Both the position numbers and the translations under genes were made by a program. A model generated the notes under the pieces. That model saw only the letters and a list, made by a program, of their open reading frames with translations, did not search any database and was not told where the DNA came from. A DNA stretch of 64,000 nucleotides, from NCBI RefSeq assembly GCF_009914755.1, contig NC_060929.1. The stretch is one strand, 5' to 3'. Shown one piece after another: positions 13,429 to 25,849 of this stretch. The stretch is from the human T2T-CHM13v2.0 reference genome, Homo sapiens. The number at the start of each line of letters is the position of its first letter. The stretch's first letter is position 1.

Positions 13429-15728
13429 CCCTTTTTTATGTTATTGGTGTGCATCTTGCTACCTGCCTTAAGTCTTTTTAACAAGGCAAAGTAAAAGGAA
13501 AAATATTTAAATTAATAAAATTTAGTTTACACATGGTCTTGATTAAAGAAAACTGGTTGGATTAGACCTAGTTAAATTTAAATTATCTGTGGTTTCTAAG
13601 ATGGCCATTAAGAAGAGAGTTCAGTTTTTCACATTTCTAACCTACTTGTGAGATTCTTTAGAGTGTAGTATAGACATCTTATAATTCGAAAGTAGTAATG
13701 AGACTGAAAAATAGAAATTGTTGTTATTAAAATGTTACTGAGACCTAATTTTACAAAGGCCTTGTAGGCATTCTGTAGGTAAAATTGCATAGACCCACCA
13801 TCTTCCCCTGGGAATCTAGAATCACAAATAAAAGGTTTACTACATTCAAATCAAGCAGCTTTGGATCCAAAAAGATTCAAACTAAGAAGTGTTTGTACCA
13901 TTCTAAGAAGTGAAGGATATATTCAGTTGTGGTTGAAAGAAGGTGCTGTAAAACACATTCAAAAAAGAGCTTGTGCCTCTTTGAGGTAAACGAATGACAG
14001 TTCCCAGGAGCCACCAGGGTTTAAACAACTTCTGAGTTATTTCAAATAACATAAGACAAACATTCCAGGAATGACGTTATAAAACATTTTTCTATTTGCC
14101 CTATTAATTTCTTCAGATACCAGTTCACTAGGAGAAAGTAAAAACCTGTAAAATATAATGCTAAATCTATAAGTCCGCAAGCTTAAATTTAAATATTTCA
14201 AGTAAATACATCCAAGTTGTAAAAATGTCAAAATATTCGCAGTACTTGACTTCTTAAAAACAAAATTTCCCAGGCTAAAGCAAAGTAGGAGAGGAATGTT
14301 TGCTCCATCATTCTTTCCTCGTCCCTAATTCCAAAAGTACTCCTCCCTTTGTATAATAAAAAGACAGTAATCATCTCAACTTGTCAGCATATATAATACC
14401 ATGTAATTGTCATGACATGCCACAAAATGTAGACAAATAATGTTTTTGAATTATTTTTTTTCAACTGCCAGGCCTATTACAATGTAACCACATAAGCTGT
14501 TGGTATTATATTGCCATTCCAGCTTTTGTGTTACTGTAACTAATCACACCCATCATGTCAGAACCAACAAGGGCTGGGGTAAAGAGACAAATATTGTCAG
14601 TCTTATGGAATTGGCAATTACAGATATCATACCTTCAATTTTAGAAATTCAGTAGGAAAAGTCTATTTTATGTTGACAGATAATTGGCTCCACGGAGGAG
14701 GCAATTAAACATTGAAACATTGCAGATGCATTCTGGTTGGCAAATATAATGACTAAAATGCATTAAATCTCATTCTCAGGAACTTATACACGATTTTAGG
14801 ATCAAGTAGATATGTTTTTAAATGGTCAACTCCCACTTTCAAGTGATTTCAGTTATTTAAATAATTCAATAATGTCCTTGCAAAAATGGATTTGACATCC
14901 AAGTCTTTAATAATTTACAGAAGTATTAAGAGAGCACTTGCCATTAATTTTAGGAAAGGATTTTATATCCTGATGAGAATTCCTACTATAAAATTTTATT
15001 GGCTAATCAACATGAAAAAAATAATAACCTTATTTCTAAATTAAGATACTTTTTTCTTAAAGTAAATGTAAAATATTCACCCAACTGCAAACTTGGTCAA
15101 GTGGAGATACACAGACACAATACTGTATTAAGAAAAATAGATTTCAAATGCCCGAATTATTGTTCCATAGACTATGACTCTAAGATAACAATACTTACTC
15201 TTGGAGCCAACTGAACATCTTCCTTTTGGATGTACATAAAATTGTACTTAAAATATGTTTTTGATTGATTAATTTACTTTTACCTAATTAGAACTATTTA
15301 GCAATAAAGCTCACAACTGCATGTGTAGTCACTAAAAAACAAACCTTAGATATTGTAAGATTATATGAACATTTTAAAATCAGCCAAACTATTTTTTTCC
15401 AAAAGGTATTGCCAAATTTCACACTGCCCAAACCATTAAAAAAAAATAACAGCACACTAGATTACATGGTGGCCAAAAATATTTATACATTTTCACTTGT
15501 ATGTTTCCAAATTTCACTAAGTTATGATCAGTTTTTCCTCAGGAGAAATTCTCTTCGATTAATTGGTTTAAATTGGTATTGACTTTCAAATGCTTTATGA
15601 AAAATGTGATTAGTTAGGTTTCTTCAATCAAGAGTTAGCAGGCTGGAACTTATAGGAACCAGAAGCTAAGTGACTTTACTGTTGTCAAATTCCCTCAACC
15701 ATATTCCTTCAGTGGCTTCTGGTTTTCA

Positions 15729-16442
15729 TGAGAGATTAAGCAGGCTGGGCTTCTGGGTTGGGTAGGGACTTGGAGAACTTTTCTGTCTAGCTAAAGGATT
15801 GTAAACACACCAATCAGTGCTCTGTGTCTAGCTAAAGGTTTGTAAACGCACCAATCAGCACTGTGTAAAAACGGACCAATCAGCACTCTGAAAAATGGAC
15901 CAATCAGTGCTCTGTAAAATGGGCCAATCAGCAGGATGTGGGCGAGGACAAATAAGGGAATAAAAGCTGGCTACCGAACCAGCAGCGGGCAGCTGGTTCA
16001 GGTTCCCTTGCACGGAGTGGTAATTTTGTTCTTTCTCTTCACAATGAATTTTGCTGCTGCTCACTCTTTGGGTCCACACTACTTTTATGAGCTGTAACAC
16101 TCACCGTGAAGGTCTGCAGTTTCCTTCCTGAAGTCAGTGGGACCACAAACCCACCAGGAGGAACGAACAAGTGGTGCCGCCTTTAAGAGCTGTAACACTT
16201 ATTGCAAAAGTCTGTGGCTTCACTCCTGAAGTCATTGAGACCATGAGCCCACCAGAAAGAAGAAACTCCGGACGCACCTGAACATCAGAAGGAAGAAACT
16301 CTGCACACACCTGAATATGTGAAGGAAGAAACTCTGGACACAACATCCTTAAGAGCTGTAACACTCTCCAGGAGGGGCCGTGGCTTCATTCTTGAAGTCT
16401 GGGAGGCCAAGAACCCACTGGGAGGAACCAATTCTGGACACA
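15729..16442 (+). mobile_element. LTR12 (ERV9) solo LTR
   Basis: TGAGAG...GGCTGGGCTTCTGGG start, tandem CCAATCAG repeats, AATAAAA box, U5 repeats (GAAGGAAGAAACTC), ends GGACACA; 4-bp TSD TTCA/TTAA. Confidence 0.92.
15805..15965 (+). promoter_or_regulatory. LTR12 U3 promoter/enhancer: five CCAAT (NF-Y) boxes plus AATAAA TATA-like element
   Basis: Five CCAATCAG copies ~15811-15931 and GAATAAAAG ~15958; LTR12 promoters are known to be NF-Y dependent. Confidence 0.6.
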
Positions 16443-16762
16443 TTAACGTAGTGGAAAATCTATCATTTCAAAGTGTTGACTTAGTTTCTCAATAACTAGT
16501 ATTATATAAATTTCTTTTTATTGCTGTTTCACAGTTTAAAATGTAGCCATCTGCATGTGGAGAAATAATTTTCAAAAAAATGTTTTAAAAATATATTTTC
16601 AAAGTTGAAATGTATGTTTTTCATGCACTCTGCGTGCGTAATATCTAATTGTAGGTATTCAATAGGCAGTGACTCCTAAGGAATGTGCTATAGGCTAATC
16701 CTTTGTTTCCATCTGTAACAGTATAAATTAGTGTGGAAATCAGTATGAAAATGAGTTTTTTT

Positions 16763-16938
16763 CATCACACACCAGGGACGGGTGGGGGGTGGGGGGAGGG
16801 GGGGAGGGATAGCATTAGGAGATATACCTAATCCTAAATGATGAGTTAATGGGTGCAGCACACCAACATGACGCATGTATACATACGTAACAAACTTGCA
16901 CGTTGTGCACATGTACCCTAAAATTTAATAAAATTTAA
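16763..16938 (+). mobile_element. Short L1PA (PA3-like) 3' end
   Basis: G-rich tract, GGGATAGCATTAGGAGATATACC, ATGGGTGCAGCACACCAACATG; TSD AAAATGAGTTTTTT (16748-16761, 16939-16952). Confidence 0.92.
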
Positions 16939-17814
16939 AAAATGAGTTTTTTGTGCTTTTTAAGACAAATGCGTTTTTTAGAAAGATTTAGAAGATAGTC
17001 TCTTTTATTAAATAATATTACATCTTTGAAAAGTTTCCATACACTTCTGAGTTGATGGATTTCAAATTAATTTTTCAATCATTACACTATTAATTATCTA
17101 ATTTTAAATTGAAAAGTTATAGAAAGTGTTCTCCAATGTAGAGTTAATTTCAGTTCAGTTTAGCACACATTGGTTATTACTGTGAATCAGGCATTGTGCT
17201 AAGTGAAAGTGAAATAAAAAGACACGGCAGAAAATGATCTGTTTTCTAAGAACTCCCTGACTTGGATCCACAAGACTGCAAATCTTAGCAAAGTACCTGT
17301 AGAACACTTGACTAGCAGCAGGCCTAAGGGAATTAAAAACATGGTAGCAGTGATAGGGACTGCAAACGAAGAAATCAGGGATGAGAGTATTTAGCGCTTC
17401 TGAATCCTAGACACTGTGCTGAAGATACCAACATGAAGAAGACAGAGTTATTCACCTTCAGGAAAAACATAAGGGTGTAATAACAGATTCACAGAGAAGA
17501 AACCAGAGAGGCACTGGGGAAAGTGTGCCTCACAACTAAAGTTCGAATTTTGGAGGATTTGGGAATCTGCCATGTGGTAGGGTGGGTGGCATCTATTGTC
17601 CTCATTCTCCAGATGAACAACATGAGCTCATATTGATAGACCAACGTCCTTGAAATTAGCATGTAGAAAGACAGGTAAAATTGAGCTAATTCATTTTAGA
17701 ATTCTCATCAACCCCATCTCTTAAATTTAAATAAGTACCAGATAATTTCATTATGGGTAAATCAATACAGGTATACTGTGGACCATTTTAGATCTTTGGA
17801 TTATTGTGTATATT

Positions 17815-17941
17815 TCTTTTTTTTTTAATTATTATACTTTAAGTTCTAGGGTACATGTGCACAACATGCAGGTTTGTTACATATGTATACATGTGCCATA
17901 TTGGTGTGCTGCACCCATTAACTCGTCATTTACATTAGGTA
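17815..17941 (-). mobile_element. Short L1PA (PA4-like) 3' end
   Basis: TTATACTTTAAGTTCTAGGGTACATGTGCAC...; 13-bp TSD TATTGTGTATATT (17802-17814, 17942-17954). Confidence 0.92.
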
Positions 17942-18190
17942 TATTGTGTATATTACAGTATATGTTGAAAAAATTCAAATATCTTGAAGGGTTGCTCAAC
18001 CTCCAAAATTAAAAAATAGTGACATTAATGTTAAAGAGACAGAAAAAGAATATTTTTAGCTAAATCTTCAAATATATTAAAAGCATTAAAATACACTTAT
18101 AAAGTAATTTTCTTCTGGTAGGTTCCGATAAGTTGTTCTCAAGCTTATTACGCATCTGAACCAGTTGGGGAACTTCAAAAAATATGTTTC

Positions 18191-18966
18191 TATGATAGTT
18201 AATTTTATTTGTTGGACACAGAGTGTCCAGATTAAACACTATTTCTGAGTGTCTGTGAGGGTGTTTCCAGATGAGACTAACATTTAAATTGATGAACCGA
18301 AATGAGCAGATTGCCTTCTCCAATGTAGGTGGACATTATTCAATCCGTTGATGATCTGAATAAAACAAAAATGCAAGGGAAGAAGGAATTCATTCTCTCT
18401 ATCTGACTGCTTGAGCTGGGTCATCAGTTTTCTGCATTTGACCAAGACTTACACCGTCTGTCCTCCGGTTATCAGAACTCCACCACCAAATTTTCTGGGT
18501 CTCCGGCTTGCAGGCGGCAGATTGTGGAACTTTTGAGTCCACGTAGTCGTATATGCCAATTCCTTATAATAAATTATAGGTGTATGCATGTGTGTCCCTC
18601 AGTATCCACAGGGGACTTGTTCCAGGAATCTTCACAAATATGAAAATCCATAAATGCTTATGTGCCTCATATAAAATGGCATAGTATTTGCATATAACCT
18701 ACACACATCCTCCTGTATAAATCATCTCTAGGTTACTTATAATACCTAATACATTACAAATGCTACGTAAATTGTTTTTATGCTGTGTTTAGGGAATAGT
18801 GACAAGAAAATAAAAGTCAGTATAAACAAAATCATCCATTTCTTAAAAATATATGTATTTTCAATCTGTGGTTGAGTGAATCCACAGATGCAGAACATAG
18901 GAATATGAAGAGCTGACTGTGTATCTCCAATTAGTTCTGTTTCTCTACTGAGTCCTGACTAATATT
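18191..18966 (+). mobile_element. MLT2 (ERVL; MLT2C/D-like) LTR
   Basis: TATGATAGTTAATTTTAT start, GTCTGTGAGGGTGTTTCCAGATGAGA, GCAGATTGCC, TTCTGTTTCTCT...CCTGACTAATA end. Confidence 0.85.
18588..18919 (+). mobile_element. MER2 (Tigger MITE) nested in MLT2 LTR
   Basis: GTCCCTCAGTATCC...GTATTTGCATATAACCTAC...GAATCCACAGATGCAGAAC...GCTGACTG. Confidence 0.9.
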
Positions 18967-21107
18967 AAAAAAATGGTAGCAAGAAGAGGTGGAATACTGC
19001 TGTAACAAATACTTAAAACTATGAAAGCAGTTTTAAATGCTTTGGAACTGAGTACCCTTTGGAATTGGGTAATGGGTAGAAACTGGAAGAATTTTGAATA
19101 CATGCTAGAAAAAGCCAATATTTTAATGAAGGGAGTTTTAAGAGAGATGCTAATGATTGAGGCTCATTGAAAAAGAGGAGAGCTATTGAGAATTATTTCA
19201 TTTTCTTAGGGAATACTAATAATCATGTAATGGTCTGTTGGTAGAAATAGAGATGATAAAGGCCTTTCTGATTAGGCCTCAGATGGAAATGAGAAAAGTG
19301 ACAAGGTAATCTTTATTATAAAGTGGCAATAAATTTGGCTGAACTGTGTTCATTTTCTACCATTTTGTGGAAGGTAGAACTTGTGAAGAATGAAATTGGG
19401 TATTTTGCTGAGAAGACTTCTAAACAAAGTGTGTAAAGAGTGGTTTGGTTCCTCCTTACTATTTATAGTACACTGCAAGAGGAGAGGAATGAATTGAAGA
19501 TGTAATAATTAGGTAAAAAGAACCAGAACTTAAAGATTTGGAAAATTCCCAGCCCATTCATATTGCTAAAAGTGAGCAAGCATTTTTGAAAGAGATCACT
19601 AAGGGCATGGTACACTCACCATTTGATAAAGACATTAGTGTCAGTGTGGACAACAAAGCCACCCAGAGCCTTGGGGGTGAGGCCCCATCTGGCAGAGTCC
19701 TGGAGGAATGAATCCCACCTAGCACAGAGATTCATGGGCAGGACCTCCACCTCAGTGGTTCTGGAAGATAAAAAGATATTGAGCCAAAAAAACATTATCC
19801 TGAGCTTTGAAATCTCATGAAGTTTGCCTTGCCGCATTTTGGACTTGCTGGAGAACCAGTACCTCTTCCTTCTTTTCTATTTTTTAAAAAATAAATTTAA
19901 GGGGTACAAGTACAATTTTGTTACGTGGATATATTATGTAGTGATGAAGTCTAGGATTTTATTGTCCATCATTCTAATAATGTACCTCATACCCATTAAC
20001 TAATTTCTTATAATCCATCCCCCCCCACACCTCCACCTTTCCAAGTCTTTATTGTCTATCAGTCCACAATTTATGTTCAGATGTATACATTATTTACTCC
20101 CAAAAAGTGGGAGTGACATAAAAGTGACATGCGATATTTTTCTTTCTGCGTTGTTTCACTAAAGATAATGGCCTCCAGTTTTGCAAGTTGCTGCAAATGA
20201 TATGATTTTATTGTTTTAATAGCTAAAACATATTCCACTGTGTAAATATACCACATTTTCTTTATCCAGTCATCCATTGATGGACACTTAAATTGTTTTC
20301 ATGTCTTTGGTACTGTAAATAGTGTTGCAATAAACATATGAGTGCAGGTATTTTTTTGGTACAATGATCATTTTTTCCTCTGGGTAGGTACCCAAGGATG
20401 GGATTGCTGGATCTAATGGTAGTTCTATCTTTAGTTCTTTGAGAAATCTCATAGTATTTTGCTTGTTATAAGATGATATTTCATGGTGGTTTTAATTTGC
20501 ATCTCTCTGATGATTAGCTTTTGAGCTTTTTTTGTATGCTTGTTGGCCATTTGTATGTTTTCTTTTAAAAAATATCTATTCATGTACTTTGCCTAATTCT
20601 AATGGAATTATTTGTGGGTATTTCTTTAAATTATTTGAGTAGCTTGTAAATTCTGGGTATTAGTCTCCTGTTAGATGATAGTTTACAAATATTTTCTTCC
20701 ATTCTGCAACTTGTTTGTTCACTCTGTTGACTATATCTTTGGCTGTGCAGAAGTCTTTCAGTTTCATTAAGTCCCATTCATTTGTTTTTGTTGCTTGCAC
20801 TTTTGAGGTCTTAGTCATAAATTCTTTTTGGAATGGGAATGTCTATTCTATATCTGTCCCATTATTATATTTTGGAAGCACATAACTTATATGGCTTCAT
20901 ATATTGAACAATTGAATTGGAATTTGGCTTCAGGATAAATTGCACCTTGAATTTTACCTGTATCTGATTTAGATGATATTTAGATGAGATTTTGGACTTT
21001 AGACTTTAGAGTTGATGTTGATACTAACTAAGACTTTTGGAGCTATTGTGATTAAATGAATGCATTTTGCATGTGAGGACACAAATTCTGATGAGTCAGG
21101 ACCTGAA
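18967..21107 (+). mobile_element. MaLR internal region (MLT1A-int-like), interrupted by L1
   Basis: GCTGTAACAAATACTTAAAAC...GGGTAATGGGTAGA start; TTTTGGAATGGGAATGTCTA...GAGATTTTGGACTTTAGACT end. Confidence 0.8.
19880..20825 (-). mobile_element. L1MA/L1PB-type 3' fragment nested in MaLR-int
   Basis: AAGGGGTACAAGTACAATTTTGTTAC...GGATTGCTGGATC...GCTGTGCAGAAG. Confidence 0.85.
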
Positions 21108-21467
21108 TGCCATGTACTAAGTGGCACAGAGTACATGAATGGGACACAATCATGTCCCATCAAAATTTATATGCTGAAGCCCTACTCCCCAGTGTTATGG
21201 TATTTGGTGATGGGGCCTTTGAGAGGTAATTAGGTTATGAGGTTGGAGCTATAATAAATGGGATCATTGTCCTTATAAGAAGAGATATGAGAGAGATAAT
21301 CTTTCTTTTCATCATGAGAAGATACTGTAAAAAGGTGTCCTTTTGAAAGCCAGGAAGAAGGCCCTCACCAGAAACCTAATTGACCAGCACCTTGAGCTTG
21401 GACTTCCCAGACTCTAGAACTATAAGACGTAATATTTTTGTTATAGCAGCCCAAACTGACTAAGACA
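21108..21467 (+). mobile_element. MLT1A/MLT1A0 LTR (3' LTR)
   Basis: GGGGCCTTTGAGAGGTAATTAGG, GGCCCTCACCAGAA, GGACTTCCCAG, ends GACTAAGACA. Confidence 0.85.
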
Positions 21468-22074
21468 GTCTCTAAAGTTTGCCCCAGACTTTTTGTATCT
21501 AAATCTCCATAGTTGGGACTGGAAAACTATACACTTTACAAAGTTCTTTAAGTGATTCTGAGGCACAAAGCAGTTCAGAAGTTCCAGTCTAAGCAGTGGT
21601 AACTGCTAAAATATGAGTTGTGCAAGGAGATTGTTTTGAAAGATCTATTACTAAGTACAGATGTAGCAAGTAACAAAAAATAATTTAGTTATAAGGCATA
21701 AATGGAACATGTGAATTTATTTTTTTCAACTAGACTTCTGTATATAATAGTATTAAACACATATTACATGCAGATGTAATATGAAGGAATAATAGAAAAC
21801 ACTGGAAGAGGAAGAATTAAAGTGGAAGAAAGTTCAAATTATGAAAGATAAGAGCTAGAAGAGAAAATGCCATTTTAATAGGGGTTGTTCATATTGTCTA
21901 TATCTATTATCCAAGTGAAAAGTGAAATTATACTTTTTATATCATTCTACATTATTTTTACTTAATAATATGGTATAATAAGCTTTACATTTTAGTCAGA
22001 CAATTTCTCCATCATTCTCAATGCTAGAATAGTATTATTTTATTACAAAAAAGTACCATAATTTATTTAACTAA

Positions 22075-22445
22075 TTACAACAAGCAACAGAAAAACAGGA
22101 AAATCATAATAACAGGAAAACTATCTATAGAGTTTTTATGGCCAAAATGCACATGAAAAAAGTATTCAGCCTCCTTAGGAATTTAAAATGAGCAGCAAAA
22201 CAACAATGAGATATAATTTTTATTAAGCAGATTGATCAAATATCTAAATTACTTAATTTGGGCCAGGGTTTGGGGAAATATAAGTACTCAAATGATATTG
22301 GTTGAAATCTAAATTAAAACATGGCTTTTTAAAAAGGTAACTGTGGAGTTTCTATAAGAATTACAATTTCAGTTCTAGGAATTAATCTTGTTTGTACAGA
22401 TGTACAAAGGTGTCTATGTATTCATTGTAGCAGTGGAATCAAGCT
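22075..22445 (+). mobile_element. Old L1M ORF2 3' fragment
   Basis: ATGGCCAAAATGCACATGAAAAAAGTATTCAGCCTC...ACAATGAGATA. Confidence 0.55.
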
Positions 22446-22951
22446 ATACATAGATGCACTTTTTAACTTTATTTGAAACATTCAAGCACAGGTTTGAAAA
22501 ATATTAAAGAATTATTATATTAACAGTAAGTCTTTCATCCATCTTATCTATCTGATTCCCACCTATCTCACTCTCAGGGAAAATCATTTTCCAACATTTC
22601 TAATTGTAGTTTATGTGATGGTTATGAACATAATGTAAATAGTAGGCTTTTACATCAATTTATTGATTTATGGTCTTTAAATAGTATCCATTAGCTTCTC
22701 ACTTTAAAAGTTAAGATTTGAGTTACTCACAAACTTCCCATCTAATCTTCCATGGTCTATTAAAACATGTTTTCTTCTATTGATTATTTTAATAGCTCTA
22801 AATAATATACTTAAAGCTTTGCTTGCTATTCCATCAATCTTAGATACTACTTTCTAAATTCCTATTATGAATGATGAGAAAAATTGGGGCCCATGAGCTA
22901 CTTTCCACCCCCCCACTATTACACCCTGATCTATGAAAATATATTTTAGAT

Positions 22952-23545
22952 GGCAAAGTCTGAGTCCTGTGCTCTCGCTGTCCTCCCCAGACAGCATGAG
23001 CTTCACCATTCCTCCACCTTCTGCACCAACTACCGGTCCCTGGGCTCCGTCCAGCCGCCCAGCTACCGCGCCCGACCGCTAACCAGCGCGGCCAGCTTCT
23101 AGGCAAGCGCCGGGGGCTCTGGTTCCCGGATCTCCGTGTTCCGCTCCAACAGCTTCCTGGGTGGCTTGGGGTCCGGGGGTCTGGCGGCAGGGATGGCCGG
23201 GGTCTGGCAGGAATGGGAGGCATCCAGAACTAAAAGGAGACCATGCAAAGCCTGAGCGACAGCCTGGCCTCCTACCTGGAAAGAGTGAGGATCCTGGAGG
23301 CGGAGAACCGGAAGCTGGAGAGCAAAATCCGGGAGCACCTGTAGAAGAAGGGACCCCAGGTCAGAGACTGGGGCTTTTACTTCAAGACCATCGAGGACCT
23401 GAGAGCTCAGATATTCGCAAATACTGTGGAAAATGCCCGCATCGTTCTGTAGATCGACAATGCCCGTCTTGCTGCTGATGACTTTAGAGTCAAGTATGAG
23501 ACAGAGCTGGCCATGCGCCAGTCTGTGGAGTGCGACATCCATGGG
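22952..23545 (+). pseudogene. KRT18P: Processed keratin 18 pseudogene, 5' portion only
   Basis: KRT18 5'UTR and ATGAGCTTCACC (ATG 22996); head and coil 1A ([26 protein letters not shown]); exon 1/2/3 junctions fused at 23410/23411 and 23493/23494; in-frame stops at ~23231, 23342, 23450 and a frameshift near 23010. Confidence 0.95.
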
Positions 23546-25052
23546 GTTCATTCAGGATTTCTTCATTACTTTACATTGCTTTATGTTTGGACTCTAATTT
23601 TTTAAACAGATTCTCTTGCTTGTTTTGCCACCTTGTTAATTTCATGTATATTTAATGTACTAGAGTTGAAAGAACTCAATTAGATGCACATATACAGAAA
23701 GAGTGTGTACATAACTATATTTGAGAGTCCCAAGGCTAAGAAGAAGCATATTCTTTTTAAGTTATAAACTAGTTATGCTTGAATAGTATTATGGATTAAT
23801 AAGCAAAAGAAACAGAAAATCAGAAGTCATCTATTCTTAACATAACTGTCCTTCACAATGTCTATACAATATAGCAAAACTTAATTTTTAACATCTTTGG
23901 TTCTTTGCATTCACAGATAAGATCAGAAAATGAGAATCATAAATAATTTAAAATAGATAATTGAAAGATATTTTAAAAAGTTTTAACATCTGAACTAATC
24001 AAAGGCTATTATTGAAATTATTTGACCAAGATCTGTTAATTTGTGAATAAGCCTCACCAAACTCTCCTTTAGACCCACAACATTCTTCTGTGCCAGCTGC
24101 ATTCTAGTGTGATGAAAATGACTCTTTTCATTCTGACCAAAGTTCCCTTAATTTTACTTCTGCTTCATTATTCCATATAGCTACATAGCAATTTGCTTTA
24201 ATAGTTTACATTCATTTTTATAAAATAAATTTTATGTGATTTTTAATAAAATATTGTATAATTTTAATAAAATATCAAGCCTTAAAAATACTAAATCATT
24301 TTTTAAAAAATTAAAAGATCTATGCACGTCCAAGGGAAGTACAGACTCCTACATAATTTTCTCTGCCTCTGGGTTCCAGACCTCTAATCACATTTAGAAA
24401 CCCTAAAGTAGTCCATTTCCTGCTGGCTGAGCTCCAAATTTAGGGGAGAATTTAAACGAGGAAAATTCTTCACAATAGTGGTATGACAAATAGTCACCAA
24501 AAAGTTTTGGGGCATCTTCCTTGCAATGAGCCCTCAGAGATATGGAAAGCAAACGAGAGTATGTCTCATGCAAAGAAACAGAACAGTATCTTGTACAACT
24601 CATTATTTTTCATCTGTGAAAAAAGATAGGAGATCTACAGAGAATTCAGAATAAGAGCCCTCTCTACTCTTACCTGGTGTTAATCACCATTGAGAACATC
24701 TAGGATACTCAGCTCTCTTCAGTGCCCAGAAAAGAAAGTGCTATAACACAGTGCTGGTGACCTTGTAGGCAAATTCCTACACAAAAGGCCCTTGTGTATA
24801 GTACACAGGATCATAAGTTATTACTAACACTCTCTTCTCTTTACCTTATTATGTTTTTCACTAGTCCCAGGGACTATGGGCACTGCACATTTTTTAAAGC
24901 TAATAGTGAAGAGTACTTATAAGTCAAACACATGAATGTATAAGCCCATATAATTCTTTGGTTGATAACAAAACACATAGCAAAAGCTAAATAGTATGAA
25001 TTATAAAAATTCCGAAGATAATATTTTGTTGAGGTTTAAGAAATTATCAGCT

Positions 25053-25299
<247 letters not shown>

Positions 25300-25849
25300 T
25301 TATCAGCCCAATAGTAGTTCAAAGTGCCACTGAATCTTTTTAAAAAATTTTTCAATCACGAAGTAGTCATTCACAAAAGATTCAGGCTTTGGATGGTAGC
25401 AGATGCTGCTGCTATGTCTATCCCCTGAAATGACTGGCTAGGTTGCTATATATCCACAAAAATGAATGGAGGATAACAAGCCAGAGTTATATCCACAGCT
25501 TTATTGCAGAACCCTTCCTGTGCACAGCAGAGTCTGGACTTTCATGCATGATGTGACAGTGGAGCTATCTCTCCTGAAGCCAGGAGAAAAATCCGCATCA
25601 AGCTTCTGTGGTGTGTCAGTATCAGGCACCCAACTGTTGGTAAAACAAAGGAAGCTGTCTCTACAACCAACTAGGAAAAAGAGGAATCTGGCTTTAATTT
25701 TAAATCCCCTGCTCAACTAGACCTTATGTAAACAGACAACAACCCTCTACTCCCAAGCAAGATCTTAGTGCTATACTCCTTAACAAACTTGTATTTTTAA
25801 TCACCATACAAAATAGCATACGTTGATATTGTAAACAAAACATAGTACT

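Larger units (their letters stand above)
18131..21592. mobile_element. MER5-family hAT/Charlie MITE split by an LTR element (halves 18131-18190 and 21468-21592)
   Basis: GTTGTTCTCAAGCTT...GGGGAACTTCAAAAAATA left half; CCCCAGAC...AAGTGATTCTGA right half. Confidence 0.55.

Noticed and set aside
17452-17520. Minus-strand AG...GT exon-like segment
   Set aside because: Overlaps L2-like sequence; not included in the fossil gene model
22840-23551. GC-rich ORFs of 127, 150 and 105 aa
   Set aside because: Antisense or off-frame readings of the KRT18 pseudogene
24614-24760. Possible upstream non-coding exon with donor CAG|GTAAGA at 24674/24673
   Set aside because: Implied intron is only 60 bp; unsupported without transcript data
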